From assembly GCF_009914755.1 (NCBI RefSeq), contig NC_060931.1: a DNA stretch of 64,000 nucleotides; one strand, given 5' to 3'. This document shows positions 27,427-43,269 of this stretch, one piece after another. The notes under the pieces are model-generated. The model had not been told where the DNA came from and did no database searches. It saw nothing but the letters and a program-made list of their open reading frames with translations. The first letter of the stretch is position 1. Every line of letters begins with the position of its first letter. A program made the translations under genes and the position numbers. Source of the stretch: the human T2T-CHM13v2.0 reference genome, Homo sapiens.

Positions 27427-27566
27427 ATTCTTAGGAAATCAACATTGTAATAAACAGTCTTTAAATACATTAAGAATAGCAGTGTTAATCTTACCAAGAA
27501 TGAGTAAATTCTCACTTCAAAAAGTTTGGGCATTGATGTGAAGCACTAGCTCAAAAGTTCCGGGCA

Positions 27567-27855
27567 GGCCGGGCATGGTGGCTCATGTCTGTAATCTCAG
27601 CACTTTGGGAGGTGGAGGCAGACAGATCTTCTGAGGTTAGGAGTTTCAGACTCGTCTGGCCAACGTGGGGAAACCCTGTTTCTACTAAAAATACAAAAAC
27701 CAGCCAGGTGTAGTGCTGCACACCTGTTGTCCCAGCTACTCTGCAGCTGAGGCAAGAGAATCATTTGAACCTGGAAGTGGAGGTTGCAGTGAGCCGAGAT
27801 TCCACCATTGCACTCCAGCCTTGGTGACAAGAGTGAAACTCCATCCAAAAAAAAT
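27567..27855 (+). mobile_element. AluS-like
   Basis: TSD aaagttccgggca / aaagttctgggca. Confidence 0.93.
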
Positions 27856-30800
27856 AAAGTTCTGGGCATTTCCCCCTTTCTTAAAATTTGGGAGTCCAGA
27901 GGCAAACAAGAGCATGTAAGTGCAAAATCAGTTTCATTTTGAGAAGCACATTCACTTATAATATTTTCATTATTTTCTTTTTATCTTACATTAATAGTCT
28001 ACTGAATCCATTTATATAGTATAGGTCAATTTTACTCAAAATGTTTAATTTAGAGTTTCTTCACTGGAAAGTAAGCATTCTTTTCACAGAAAGTCCTGGG
28101 AAATTAAGCCTTTATAAAACGCTGTTTGGATGAATATAACTGATTAACTATCATTTAAAGAATTACTTTAAATATTACAAGACATCATAACATTAAAAAA
28201 ATCTTGTGGAGATGAAACTCCTCCACAATTAAACATTTAATCAATTTATAACAAAGAGCATGTTTAATCTGCATGATTTACCAATTAAATATTGTACCCT
28301 GATGTGTCTTCAGCAACATGAGAGCTAAAATGAGATAGTTTCCAAGGGATTCAAGGTGGGCAGTGCCCAATAAATGCACAATGGTTTAGAGAGTTAGGTA
28401 GGTTTAGTGTCTATCTTGAAAAATAAGATGCGCTTCAGTCAACTCTCAATTGCCTCCACATTTCAACATTCTTGGACCTTAGAAAATGACAAGAGAAGTG
28501 CTGTTGTGGTCATTACTACAGATGTCAGTTTTGACTTCTGAAAAATCACCCCTTTCCAGCCCAGAGAGCCAAAGCTCTGAAGAAATGTACCAGGATCTCT
28601 GCTGACACATGGACACCTGTGGCTTGTGCTACATGTTCTGAAACCTGAGAGAGTGAGCAGCCACTCTGCCTGGGAAGAAACATCACAGTAGGCATTAAAA
28701 ATGGAATTGAAGAATTAGAAAATCTTTGTCATACTTTTTATATTGGGATCAGGTTGAAGATGGTTTTGATTTGATAAAAATTTTAAAAAGACTGCTCACA
28801 ATGATGCCTTATGTGTTAAAAAAAAAAAAAAAAAAAGGACATTGGTGTAAGAGAGAGAACCTCAAAGCAGAAAAACTTTCTTTTGGTATGTTCATGATCT
28901 TTCCTACTACAGGATAACTTCTTTCAGTTTTTCTTACCCAACAAGTCACTTTTTTAAAATTGGAAAAGTAAATGTAATATCTAGATTATAAACTTAGCAT
29001 GTGCCTCAGTGGTCACGTGAGAGGCAGAGATATCCTCTGTTTAAAACATCCTGGTCAGCTGGAAACACTGAGTCTGAATACAGAATATACATATTGCAAC
29101 TTTTTAAAAAAATTTGGGTTTCAGAACCACAGTGATAGATATACACAATGTCATATGGCATAGCTACTTTTGTAGATAGATTTTCTTTTCTATTAATCTA
29201 CTGCACATGCTACTGCTTCTTTGGTGGGACACCTTGTTTTCACATGGCTATCACAAAATAACTTAGAAATTACTATACTGAAGTACAAGACCCTTTATGC
29301 AATCAGTCCAGTAATTTCGGTCATCATTGCTAACATTAAAACTAAAAAAAAAATTGGTTTAAAATCTGGAAGAGTTTCAGAAATCATCTGGAGTTCCAGA
29401 CCAACATCTTTAGTTTACACGTACTAAGTAAACTGAGTCTTACACAGATGGCATAACTTTTTCAAACTCACCCAGATATTTAATGGCAGAGCTGTGGTTG
29501 GAACTCAAGTTTCTGCATTCTCAGACCAGAGCTCTTCCCATAACACTACTTTATCATTTCAAATTTTGTTAAGTCAGAGGTAAGGTAGAGAGAGCATAGA
29601 CTTTGAAACTTGAGAAATACGATTTCAAAGTTTGACTCAACAATCCACAAGTCACTTATCTTCTCTGAGTGGGAGATGTTTTAACCTAAAAATAGGGATA
29701 AAATGGGATTGACGGGATCTAGCCTAGGAGCTTGGAAATGATATAGGTGAAGCACCTAGAACATTTCCTGGAACAAGGAGGTGGCCAGGAAATGGTAGTG
29801 GTGAAAACTACAGCTATTATTTTGATAGGTTGAAAAGATGAAGGATGTACCTTAAACAAACTTAGTTTTCCCTGTTAACATCATGGACCTGCCATAACTT
29901 ATTTATACTTTTAAAAAGTTATTTCTGTTTTAAGCAAAAAGTGTTTTGTAAATGTGACTACTTATGAGGTGAATATAATGCCTTCACATTTGTCCTAATG
30001 TTAGCTTTTGTGACCCTCAAAGGATACTTTTAATTTTAATATTTCAAGATTTGATGTAAAAAAATTAAAGATTATCCTATTTATGACCTTTAAGGTAATG
30101 CAGATTTTATTCATTTCCTCTCTCATACTTTGACATTAATGACTTATTATTGGAGATGGGAATGATAGCAGCAGTGCAGAATACCCCAGAAGCAGATTTT
30201 ATACGGTAAATGGCTGTGTAGGTTGTACACTGAAAACTCTTGAAGATATCAATCTCATTCCAAAAACAATGGGCACGAATCTAGGCCAATGTCATGTTTT
30301 TGGTCTTAAGCAATAGCAGCTTATTTAAACCAAATCCTGGGGTATTTCATCACAAAAATCAGGAACAATCAAGGTGTTTAAATGATCAAAAAGTTATAGA
30401 GGTCAGGGATACTGTGAGTAGTTAGTTACTACACTCAGGGAAAGTTCCACAAACTTTTTAACACAGCTGCATCACCTGCAAAGATTATTTAGTATTACAT
30501 GCTTTCCAAAAATGTTGGGGGCAGGGTGAATATGTTTTGCAGACTAATTGTTTTATATAAAAATAGTGTTATATGTGGCATTTCCAAAACTAAGTGAATT
30601 TCTTGAAGAGTTTAAGCCCTCATGTTGCATGACCCAGAAACTGTAGCCCTTGTTTTCTAATCTGGGTTGGTTAAAACCACTAAGTTTTAATTCAGTATAA
30701 TGTGTGTGTAAGCATGTTTTCACTTGCATCTGAAGTTAACAAGATCCATTTACTTACTTATATAGGAAATACTCTAATTGGAATAGCAAAAGTTCGTCAT

Positions 30801-33065
30801 GATGCCTGAATGAAATTTTTCTCTTCAATCTTTTATCTGTAATAGGCTAAGGTTGCTAACAGTATTTATAGGGTCATTATTTTCAACTGTTTTTTGACAC
30901 CTAACAATATTATTTTAGGCTCCAGCCAAGTGGATTTCCAATAATTACATAATGTCTCTCAGTAATGATCTGTTGCTTAAGATACACATTCTACTTTGCC
31001 TTTCAACACGTACTTGATAACCTCTCATTTTCTAACTGTAATTGAGGCAAATTCAGTCTTGGCTGATTAGGGGCTTTTAGTATCCCCTCATACATGTTAT
31101 TCCTGATGACAAATCAATAGAATTAGGGTCTATTTTTATTTTTAAATAAAGTAATAAAAATGTGCAATTTAAAAATATTAGAATGTTTAAGGACACTACA
31201 ATTATTTTACAAATAACAAGTCCAGTGTTCTACCGGGGATATTCAAAATACAAAACCTTCACAACCAAAACAGAATGGTTGCTTATTAAGGGTTACTTTT
31301 AGACCCATAGCCATGTCAGATGCTTAGGCATTGAATGAAAGTATATATAACCAAGGCAATTAAACTAGTGTTATATTTTAATGTTGGCCTCCTTAGAGCC
31401 ACTTTAGTTCCCTCTGTCTGTTATCATTGCCACATAGAAAGTCTTCCAAAGAACTTCAGTGAATGAAGAGGAGTTGGAAGTAGAGAATAACTTCAAGGAG
31501 AAAAAACTTCTACCTTTATAATGAACTGATGGCAAGAATGGATTGCAGTAAATAGGTCACCGAGTCAAAAAACTGAAGATGTTCAGAAAGTTCACCCATT
31601 CCCCTTGACAAATCTATCTATGATGGTCTACTTATAGAATGGCTTTAACTTTTCAACATAGAAGACGTGCTTTAGCTATTCTAAGAAGAAACATAATGGG
31701 AATAACATCAACTCAATTTCCCTCTTCTGTTCAACAGTTTTGAAAATCACCGCATTAGCAGAAAAAGTAAAAGAGAACTTGGAAATGAAACATATGCTTG
31801 TAAATTCAGAGCAATACCAAATGGAAGCAGAAGTTGCTAATATGGTTTCAGTATTTTGTAAAAGAGCCAGCTGGATGGATGATAATTTTTCTACCCCTGC
31901 AGGGCATCAAAGCTTTTAGAAAATCATTTTTTTCACACATATTAACACTTAGCTTATTAAAACAGGCAATACTTTTTATTGTATGATAGCCTGAGTAAAG
32001 GGTAGAAACATAAAGCATGAAAGATAAAATTCATTTTGACCACCCAAACTGACAGTGAACACTGACACGAGAGACCACGGCAGAGAGGATGACGTAGCAG
32101 GACCTTCTGCAACTGCCACAGCTGAAGTGTCACCATGAAGCCCGTGAATTGCTGTTACGAAAACATTTGCCGTAACTTGCATAATTAAGTGAAACTGCCA
32201 GAAAAGCATTTCTAAAATGCAGAGAAGATGTACATAAATAAATAAGCTTCAAAGCAAATATTACATTTAGGAATCTGTATTGTGGTGAATTATGCAAAGT
32301 TATGTCACAAGCAAAGTATCATTTCCTTTGAACTGACTGTAAAATAATTACAAATGAATGACAATATTGTTATTTAAATTGACTGCTCTGTTAGTCTCCT
32401 TTACAGATACTGAATAAATGAAACATGACGATCACAGTATACAAAACCACAGTCCTCATTTTTAGGCATTGTCATGCCTAAATGAAGACCTTAGTGCTGA
32501 TAAAACTGTAATACTGCATATTTTAGCACATATCAGTACTTTAAATCAAGATAAAAATGTTCAACAGTAGAGTGGCAGATATTTGGCTTTACTGCAGCTT
32601 ATTTGTTTGTTTAACAGTAGAATATCATATTGACTTAAAACATCTTATAGTAGGGACCACATCCATTAGAACATGATTCTGTTTATGGAATGCTGCAAAA
32701 GGCAAGTGAAAAGATGCTGAACACCATGGTAAAATTATTATTATCTGGCTTTTTATAACTAACCTCAGGTTTTTGAGACTCATTCTAATGGTGACAATTT
32801 TTATATAGAAAAGGAAGCTAATTAAGGCCTCCAGCAGTCAAAAGAAGTATAAAAATTATCAACTATATTAGCTGCAAATGAACAGGAATTGGAAATGGGG
32901 AATAACTTCAAGGAGAAAAAACTTCTACCTTTATAATGAACTGATGGCAAGAATGGATTTCAGTAAATAGGTCACCAAGACAAAAAACTGAAGATATTCA
33001 GAAGGCACCCCGCCATCCCCCCGGCCCACACACCAACAAATATACCTTTGATGGTCTATATCTAG

Positions 33066-33413
<348 letters not shown>

Positions 33414-33536
33414 TAGTATAGAAGATACAGGATCACAAAAAGGAGACTACGCTTTGCAAACATAGCATCAAAATTCAACTTTTCTCTTTGCAGTTTATCT
33501 ATGGTGTCAGCATACCTTGCAAGGGAAGCTACTTAC

Positions 33537-33644
33537 ATCAAATAACTTTTCTATATACATTTCCTCATTGACCTTTTCTCGAAGAATATCTTGGTTTTGC
33601 CGAACAAACATAATATAGGTGTCTGCCAGATCCATTCCTGGTTT
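33537..33644 (-). CDS. CADPS2: CADPS2 exon ([36 protein letters not shown])
   Basis: 108 nt, phase 0-0, acceptor ttccttcacaacag, donor gtaagt. Confidence 0.97.
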
Positions 33645-34037
33645 CTGTTGTGAAGGAAAAGCAGGGGGAACAAAATAATATCAGGTCTCAATTGTGAAAT
33701 TATTATTTAATCATACCCTGAAAAATAATTTTGAAAATTACAGTCATAACAAGGAGCTTAAAACTAAACCAAAAGTGAGCATCTTCAATACATTCCATAA
33801 TTAAAGCAAATAAAAGTTTATTACTGATGTTCACAACTTGAGATCAAATTGAAAATACAGAGTTGTAGATCCGTAGATATCTTTTTTTTTTTTTTTTTTT
33901 TGTTAAATGGCTATCTTGAAAGGCCAGTATGTCAAGCAGTATAAATGAATAAATTTTTCCAAAAATTTTCCATGTGTAATTATAATTTCCCAGTTGCAAA
34001 TACAATTTACTTTGCATCATCTCTGGCTGGCTTATCA

Positions 34038-34387
<350 letters not shown>

Positions 34388-37300
34388 TTAGGGTGCCTCC
34401 CTCAACTACTATGGGCGTTCAAGGAATACAAACTAAATTTTTTATTAAGCTGAGTAAAATATTTTGAAGAAGATATTGGGGAAAATATTTACTATATTAC
34501 AAAATGAAATGTAAAATATCTTGTGGATTATCCATTGCTTCTACTCAATATTTAACAACATTATCTGAATAATTTATTTTCTTTTAGAAATGTGGCAAGA
34601 GTATCAATGAACTAGTTTCCTATGTACAGCCGAAGATGTGGATTAAATACCTTTCCAAAGTTATTTAACATTTGGTGTCTTCTAATAGTAGAGGAGGTAA
34701 TACAATTTCTCCTTGCTATAGATGCTGCAAAGTCAGTACTAGTAAGGGATAGATGCCTGCATGGCTGTTAAAGACTTTTTTCTAATTGATTTATGTTTAG
34801 CTCTTTCTTGAACTTCATATAGCTGGACTAGATAATGAAAGCACTTACTTGTGTCATCTACACCTGGGCTTGGTTCCTAATCTGTATTGAGTTGTTGATT
34901 AGAGTATGACATTAATAAGAACAAAATGATAACTATCTATCACTAGGTAGATCTGCTACCAATTAGATAGGTAGATCTATTAAATTAGATAGATCCATCG
35001 ACCTAATGATAGGTAGGTAGAACTGATGCCCAAATAAGCCAGTTAGCCTTGCATCATTTCGTATTCACAGAACGCATTTATAACCTTTGTCAGCAGACTC
35101 ATTTGCAAAAGTAAATACTATAAGAAAATTAGGTTAAAGAGGATATGGGTCATTTAACTATTACCATTGCTGGAAAAAACAACTCAAGGTAAACATGTGA
35201 GTGATGCTAGGACAGTAGTCACATCTTCTCCCTAAATGAAAGAGAGTTCTTGCCATTTTTTTTTGGAGGGGGCATATTTTATATAACATAATAAAATTGA
35301 CCATCTCTTAACCAATATATAGTATAGGCAGTGAGCATGTCTTACTTATTCCATTTATAAAAATTAATGATTTTTTGTTACAAAGTTATTTCTGTGCAGT
35401 AAGAATTACTGCAATCTCTTACTGTTCTTATATTTAGTCTAAAGGTAAATATATACCACATAAATTCAAGGATCCTTTCAACATGACCCTGATACAACAA
35501 CATTAGCTGTAACTTGAAATAACTATATAAATGTCTTTACTGGTCTCTCCTTCAGTAGCATTCATACACAATGTTGGCTATCTATTTTCAACCTAATGGA
35601 GGCAATTTATCAAATTCATTCCTTCACTATTTCAATAATTCTCATGAGCAATGTTTGAAAGTTTAAACAATTACAAGGATAAACAATAAAAAAGCTAGAC
35701 TGTTTTCTTCTTTGGGTCTAGCAAGATTATACATTGGCTCTTCCAGTGAAGAGGCAGGGTAATTTGTACAAAGATTACTACTATCAATACTTGAAGGAAA
35801 CTAACTCCTAAGATACATATTTCTCTCTGTGCCTCTCAAACTTTGTCAAAACACTGACAATGAGAACATTCAAAAAACCTGCTGCTGCAGAACGAAAGTG
35901 ACATGAGAACAATTTTCAATACACAATAGCAAGTTAACTCAGTATCTGAGTTTCAGGCAAGTATCCAGAAACAGGATGCTGTAATGTACAAAATACCAAG
36001 GTAGTTGGGTACAGCCCAGTTGAACTGGGAGTTGAAGAACAGACAAATGGGACGCTTGTCTTTACTACTATTTCTCCCCACCCCAACCCCATTTTTGTTT
36101 CCATCTTTTAAAGGCCACTGCTTAGACATTCAGTTCAGTCAGTCACTAGACCTATCAGTCTCAGTGGAAACTAAGTTATGGCCAGGAAGACTGAATAATG
36201 ACTTTAAACATTTACCATAGACACTACGGTAATTTCTTTTCTGTTTCCTTGATCACTTATAAGATTAGACTATCATGAAACACTGTCCAGGAAGAGTTTA
36301 TTTTCCACCACCTGAAACTAACACTTTACAGTTTAAGCCTGAAAGAAAACGAAATGCTTTTCCTATTGGCAGATCCAAGGGATATAATACTGAAATTTCT
36401 AAGTTGAGACAGTTCCACAACTTTCTAAGGAAATAAAAATCTCTGGCTGAGGATACACTTGATTGTTGTAAAAAATCAAGTGTTTCCTTTTTTTAAAAAA
36501 ATTGCATTTTCTTCCCTTTTGGCAAATTAAGATCCACTTGCCTAAAAAACAAACCCAGAATTCTTACATTCTTCACTGGAATTATTTCTTCCTTTATCAT
36601 TGAGCTGTTTACCTATTCTTGAAATTGTGACATATGGGAATTTCACACCTAGTGAATACATTTTCATGTAGCTTGTGGCATGAGTGTATAATCATTAAAA
36701 GAATATACACAAGTAAGAGTAACTGCAACAGCTGGTGACATTTACCAATTAGAATTGTAGTTCTTTAAAACACTTTATCTTTCATTTGGTGTATGAAGGG
36801 TAATTATCTCTGATAAATTGCTGAAAAAGATGTAATTTTCCTTTTAAACAGTTTCTACATACAGTACAAATGTGTTTGGATAGAAGACATTATCGCTGGT
36901 TCAATGCTCCCATGTGCTAAGACTCTGTTTTATTATGGTGGTAAAATTTACACACCGAAAGTCACTGCATCTAATTTGAATCATTATTAAGTGTTATAAG
37001 AATATGAAGTTTAGTGAAAATAATAACTAAGTATGCTAGTACATTTTTGTGGGGTTTTTTTTGGTGTGTACATGAAGACAATGCATATGATTGCATTGTA
37101 AAGACAAACTATAACTACACATTCTGATACAAATGCATGACTACCAATTATATCAAAAAAGTGGCCGGTTAAACTTCAACAGCTGTGGATTCAGATTAGT
37201 TTTTATTAAGAATATTGTATTCTAGAGAGCTATATTTAGAAATCTCTTCTAAATTGGTAATCATAGTTTTCTTAATATGAGAAAAATAACAAAAACCATA

Positions 37301-38672
37301 TAGTAAGTACTCTATGTATTAAATGCCATTTCGGAGTAAATTATTTTTTTCATACTCCCATTTAAACCTCCAGGATCCTTAGTTCACTACACACTAACTC
37401 TTCCATCTTGTTTATTAAGATGGTAATCTCTAAATGAAAATAGTAGTTCCTAAATTACTTTTAATCTCATTCAGAAAATAATAGAATCTGTCTAGCAAAG
37501 TTATAGTGAAACAACACAAAAATCTAAAAAATTCCCCCATGAGCACAAAGGGATCAAGAACTATGGGAGGAAATGAAGTATTTTAAGGTGAGTTCCTCTG
37601 ACACTGTATAAGTAATCAAATACATCAGTGAGTGAATGAATTTAAGAAAGGGTGCAGACTCCAGCACTTTTTTCCCAAGCGTTAATCACTAGTTAACCTA
37701 GTAAGATGAACACGCTGTTTAAAGAGAAAAAAATTCCTTGTTAATTATATGCTGCAAACGCTCTTGCTTCCTGCTGCTACACCTAATCCCACAGGTGCAA
37801 GTCTTCGCTTTCCCTATTCATGGGTAGATGGGTGCAACACTGCAGTCATTTTTCACGGCAACAGATTTAGACACAGAAGAAGCTGCTTAACCTTCCACTG
37901 AAGGTTAGCAATACACTACACAAACACTGTCATGGTGCCTATTTAACAAGGAGACAAATTTTTAAATATACTATTCCAGCCTCAAAGCTTAACTAGAAGC
38001 TACAGTGTAATTGACTTAATTTGAAAGTGCACTTCTCATAACCTAGAAAAGCTTGCCTTGAAGAAACAATCAAGAGTGGAAGTGTAATATCCTGCGTTAT
38101 GATTATCTGCTTGCTTTGTAAATGAAATACCTGTGTCTGGCCATTCATTACCATTTGAGAAAAAAGGATCATGTAAGATATAAGACAATAAATAACATGT
38201 CTTCGAAATTTGAAATTGTAGTAGGAGCAATTTATATCTCAATTCTGGCATTTAAGATTCAGTAAAAATTTATAATTGATCATAGAACATAGTTCTACAA
38301 ACATGTAATTTATCTCAGGTATTGTTAAAAACAATATTTTTCTTTCACTATTTAATATATCTTTAATGCTCTGGCATTTATCAATTTCTGTATTTTTATA
38401 TTTGAATAAAAATCTCCTGAAATTTTTCAAAAGCATTTGAAGTAGTTTAAATAAGTTATATGTTCTCACATAAAAAAGGTTTTTTCATATATTCATGATT
38501 ATGTTGTAAAAAACTAAATACAGTTTGCCAAGTTTTTACAAAGTAGATTATATTGTATTCCCACAGAAAACCAGATGGAAATACACAGAGATTACAGAGC
38601 CTTCTAATTACATTTATGCCAACTTAAATATTTAATAAATATGATGGGAAGAGAAACAGTTGATAAAGAGGG

Positions 38673-38935
38673 GGCTGGATGCAGTGACTTATGTCTATAT
38701 TCCCAGGGCTTTGGGAGGCTGAGGTGGGAGGATTGCTTGAGGCCAGGGGTTTGAGACCATCCTGGGCAACATGGCAAGACCCTGCCTGTATAAAAAAGTA
38801 AAAAATTAGCCAGGCATGGTGGTGCATCCCTGTAGTCCCAGCTGCTTAGGAGTCTGAGGTGGGAGGCTGCGGTGAACTATGATCACACTACTGCCCTCTA
38901 GCCTGGGTGACAAAGTGAAACTCTGTCTCTAAAAA
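38673..38935 (+). mobile_element. AluJ-like with right-arm deletion
   Basis: Alu consensus; TSD-like taaagagggg / taaaaagggg. Confidence 0.9.
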
Positions 38936-39051
38936 TAATTTAAAAAGGGGCAGAGAGGAAGAAATTTAAACAACGAACAAGTCACAAATATATGCATTTT
39001 AAAAATAGATTTTTAAAAACCATGAATGAAAAAAAATCTCATTGTTATTCC

Positions 39052-39388
<337 letters not shown>

Positions 39389-41060
39389 TCAAGAATGAAG
39401 CAGCCAGTTAACTTTTTTTTTTGTTAAATTTAGCGGTATTCAAAATTCTATTAATTATTATATGTTTAGGTAGTTTTGACTCCAAACTGGGAGTAGACAA
39501 TTCTGAATTAAAAATAATGACACTCACATCCTTTTGAAAACAGCTTTTAGATTTAGAGCATGTAACATGTGTTTTAAGTAGGTACATTTGATTCAATCCC
39601 ACATTTCTAAGGGGCTGTTCCATTACTGCAGAGTTCTTGTCCTGGATCAGGGTCCTCTGTCTGTTACTTGAGTATAGTTGGTAAAAGGCAGAATCCTACC
39701 TTAATGCTATGAAGGTATCTGATATCAGAATCTATTATAATTAATGCTACTAAAACTTAGGTAGTCATATTACTTTTATTCTTAACAGTCACATGAATGT
39801 TTCACACTATTTCTTCTAAGTAGTTACATAATTTATACATTTATAGGTCTAGAAACAGTTATGTAGCATTAGTATGTTACATTTTATTATATCAATGGGG
39901 AAAATCCTTTCAAAGAGAAGTTTCTTTTAAATATTAAAATAAATACTGAATGATAGTTTAAGATATTAGCCTGAACTACTCAAGGGGACAAGGTAATTTT
40001 CAATTGAGATCTATGGGTTTACAATGCCTTCCCCATTTGGGACTATGAGGATCAAGTATCTTGCTATTTCTGATCTACGGTTAGATCACTAACATCCCAG
40101 AGTTTAGAGGAATAGCTGCTAATACAGTAGCACCAAACACAAAATGTGCTAATGTGTACACTACCTATGAGCTTTATACTATTATATTCATAAGTAGCAA
40201 TCATAATGATGATGGTTTTAAATCTCTCAGTTCACTAGCCTTTCCCTCATCTACAGTTGTGTCAATTAGAAAATACTACATGAGGACTTGAAGAAGTAAA
40301 ATTAAAATGCTGCATTATTTCATTTTTAGCTTTTAAAGTTTAGATGGACTGGGATGGGTTTACTCAGCTCAATTTGGAATGATTCAGATTTTGGCTTAAG
40401 TGACGACTCAGGGTGCTAGAATTCCAGTGTCTGGAGGCAGCTCATGGATTTATCTTACATAAGAGAGAAAAGCCAGACAGACAAAACACAAAGGAATAAA
40501 GAAGCAAAACATTCATCTGGAAAGCACAACACACAACCTCCTCCACTCCTAGACGAGTGAGGCTCTTAATCTGGTCCTGGTGTGCATCCCTCTCTCTAGG
40601 TGAATATGCCCCTGTGGGCAAGAGCTCCATTCCCCGAGTTCTGTCTGGCTCTCATGCTGATGTAAAGCTCCGAGTATTCAGGTGTGGTTATCTAAGTAGT
40701 AAACAACATGAGAAGCAAGGAAGCAAAAGAAGGAAGAGGGAAAACACTAATGTCACTGAACTGACTGATTATACCCTAAAAGCCACCAGTGTGTACTATT
40801 CTAAAAGGGAACATAAATGAAAAAATAAAAAGCTAATATTGTTCACTCTGTGGAAGGCAACTGGTTTTTCTTTTGGTAACTGGTCACGTTCTTAAGTAGT
40901 GAGCAGGAACTAGGGAGTAATGCATGGGAGCCGGAAGCATCATTCCAGGTAGAAACAATAACAATTTATTGCAACAGTGCTTTACAATTCAAAGCACATT
41001 CACGTTAATGTGCTCATCGAATTCTGAATTCTCATAATGAGGGAGGCAGCACAGGGATTA

Positions 41061-41117
41061 TAGGTTGGTGCAGAAGTGATTGTGTTTTTTGCCATTAAAA
41101 GTAATGGCAATACTTTT
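41061..41117. mobile_element. MADE1 (mariner MITE) remnant within a MIR
   Basis: taggttggtgcagaagtgattgtgttttttgccattaaaagtaatggcaa is one Hsmar1-type TIR plus centre; the second arm is mostly deleted. Confidence 0.75.
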
Positions 41118-42184
41118 AAATACTATTATCCTCACTGCATGGGTGGGAAAATGGAAGCCCACAGATCAAACAGCTAGATAGGAGCAAGGTGGAAAATGAA
41201 CGGAGATCCTCGACCCCATATCAAGTCTGTGCAGTACAGAGGTGGGTAAGAACCACCTTTTGGGGATTTTGAAATGAGAAATCTTTAGCAAGTATCATAA
41301 AGATGAGAGAATATTTGAGAGAATTCCTAATGAAGATAAGAGAAAGATTAGCCATCTCCTTTATCTTAGGACAAACCACCAAGATCAGGCATCAGTACGA
41401 TTAAGCCAATGAAGAGAGACAGTTTCTTCTTCCTTCCTCATTGTTTTGGTCTTTTCTTGGCCACAGTAATCTTTATCGTATCCTCCAAGTCTCTTCAGCT
41501 GTTTCACCTTAGTGTCTAGCATAGAGTTGGTATGCAGCGTGTGTGATAATGTTAATAAGACCATTTTAAATAGGGATTTTAAAAATCAACATACATCCTT
41601 AAACCCCAAAATGTCCTGTTTAACTAGAATGACAATAGAATAAAATTCCAGAATCAGAGTTGGAAAGAACCTTTAATGTCATCTTGTCCTATTTCCCACA
41701 TAATGCAGAAATCTTCAGTACCACACCTGGCAAACAGTGGTGCAGCTTTTACTATGTCACCTTTGTAAATAACTTTTTTTTAAAGTTTTGTCTTACACTG
41801 ATTTCAGTTCTGCTCCCACTTGTTTTTAGTCATTGTTCCTAGTCCTATCTTCTTGACTGATACAGGCTCAGGCTGTTCCTTTTTCCAAACAGGAGCCCTT
41901 TACATATTGATCAGGGCTACCTTATCTCTTAGATTTTTTTTCCCTCTTTCTAGGAACAGTCAGATTTCTTTTTTTTTCCTTCATAAGCCACTATTTCCAG
42001 ATCCCATTAACTAGCCTGGCTGCTTTCTATAGGAGGAAGTAAAGTAAAAAGAAAATGTTGCCTTGAAAGAATTCAGATGTGACTTGTTCACAATCATACA
42101 GATGCGATCAATATGGTATAAGTGAAATGATTATTTCCTACAATGTAGATACTAGATTTTATTGTAATCAATAATAATAATAAT

Positions 42185-42410
42185 GTATGATAATAGCTAG
42201 CATTTATTGTGCACTAATTCCATTCTAGGAACTGTGAAAACTGCTTAACATATTCACAATAAGCCTATAAGAGGTGTAATTACATCTCCATTTTACAGAA
42301 GAAGAAACTGGTGCCTAAGGTCACACTGATAATAGATGAAGTGATGGAGCAAGGATTCAACCGCCAGCAGTTCGGTTCCTCAGCCTGTAAGTAACCCCCC
42401 TGTTATGCAG
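42185..42410 (-). mobile_element. MIR
   Basis: atagctagcatttattgtgcact...ctccattttacagaagaagaaactg...aaggtcacac. Confidence 0.75.
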
Positions 42411-43269
42411 CCTCCATAGATCTATATACCTGATTTTTTCAAAAAGTACTCCATATTATTGTCAAACATGATCTTTTATACAACTTTTTACATACATTTG
42501 CTATCAGCTACATCTTACCCACCTTACGGGTGAGCAAAACTTTTTTTTTGGGGGGGAGGGGTTAGTATAATAATTTAAACCTGCAGAATTTTTGGTTCTT
42601 AGTATTCCTATCCGCAAAGCTAATATGAACATTTTCATCCTCGTCCTGCATCTAATTTCTGTCAGATCTGAGTTCCCTTCTAAGTTACTATTGAACAGGA
42701 CAGACTCACCTAGTCCAGGTCTTGCTTTTTCTTTCTCACTCTTTTTTCAAATGTCTGTTGTCTTTGCCACCATGAGCATTCCAAGGTTCTATGATGGGGC
42801 CATAAACTGTATAACTGCCACAGAACTCCTCCCCAAGATAGGGTTGTCTAGCCAAGAGCAATCTATCAAACTATACTGAAGGACACAGTTCATCATCTAG
42901 ATCAGAAAGATATCAAGGAGAATCCTACCAACTTCTTTGTGAAGAGGCACGTGCCTGGAATTTATTTCTGTTCAGGACTACACTGAAGCATTTTTCTCCT
43001 AAGTATGATTTTTTTTTCATTCATAAAGTGTCATGAGAAGTATATGTTACAAAGATACAAAAGACTATGTTTATTATATTTAAATGGTTTGATTTGGGTC
43101 ATTTTCTGTTAACTCATACATCTTCAACTGTGCTATAATTATAAGGAATATCTGACAAGTATGTTCTAGGAACATGAATTCCTCCTTTTCTGCATAGGAA
43201 TGCCACTTAACTTCAGTTGTAATTTTCACGTTATAGAATCAATTTATTTATTGCTTTAAAAACATTCCA

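Noticed and set aside
41061-41117. miR-548-type hairpin from MADE1
   Set aside because: The second terminal inverted repeat is mostly deleted, leaving only a short stem.
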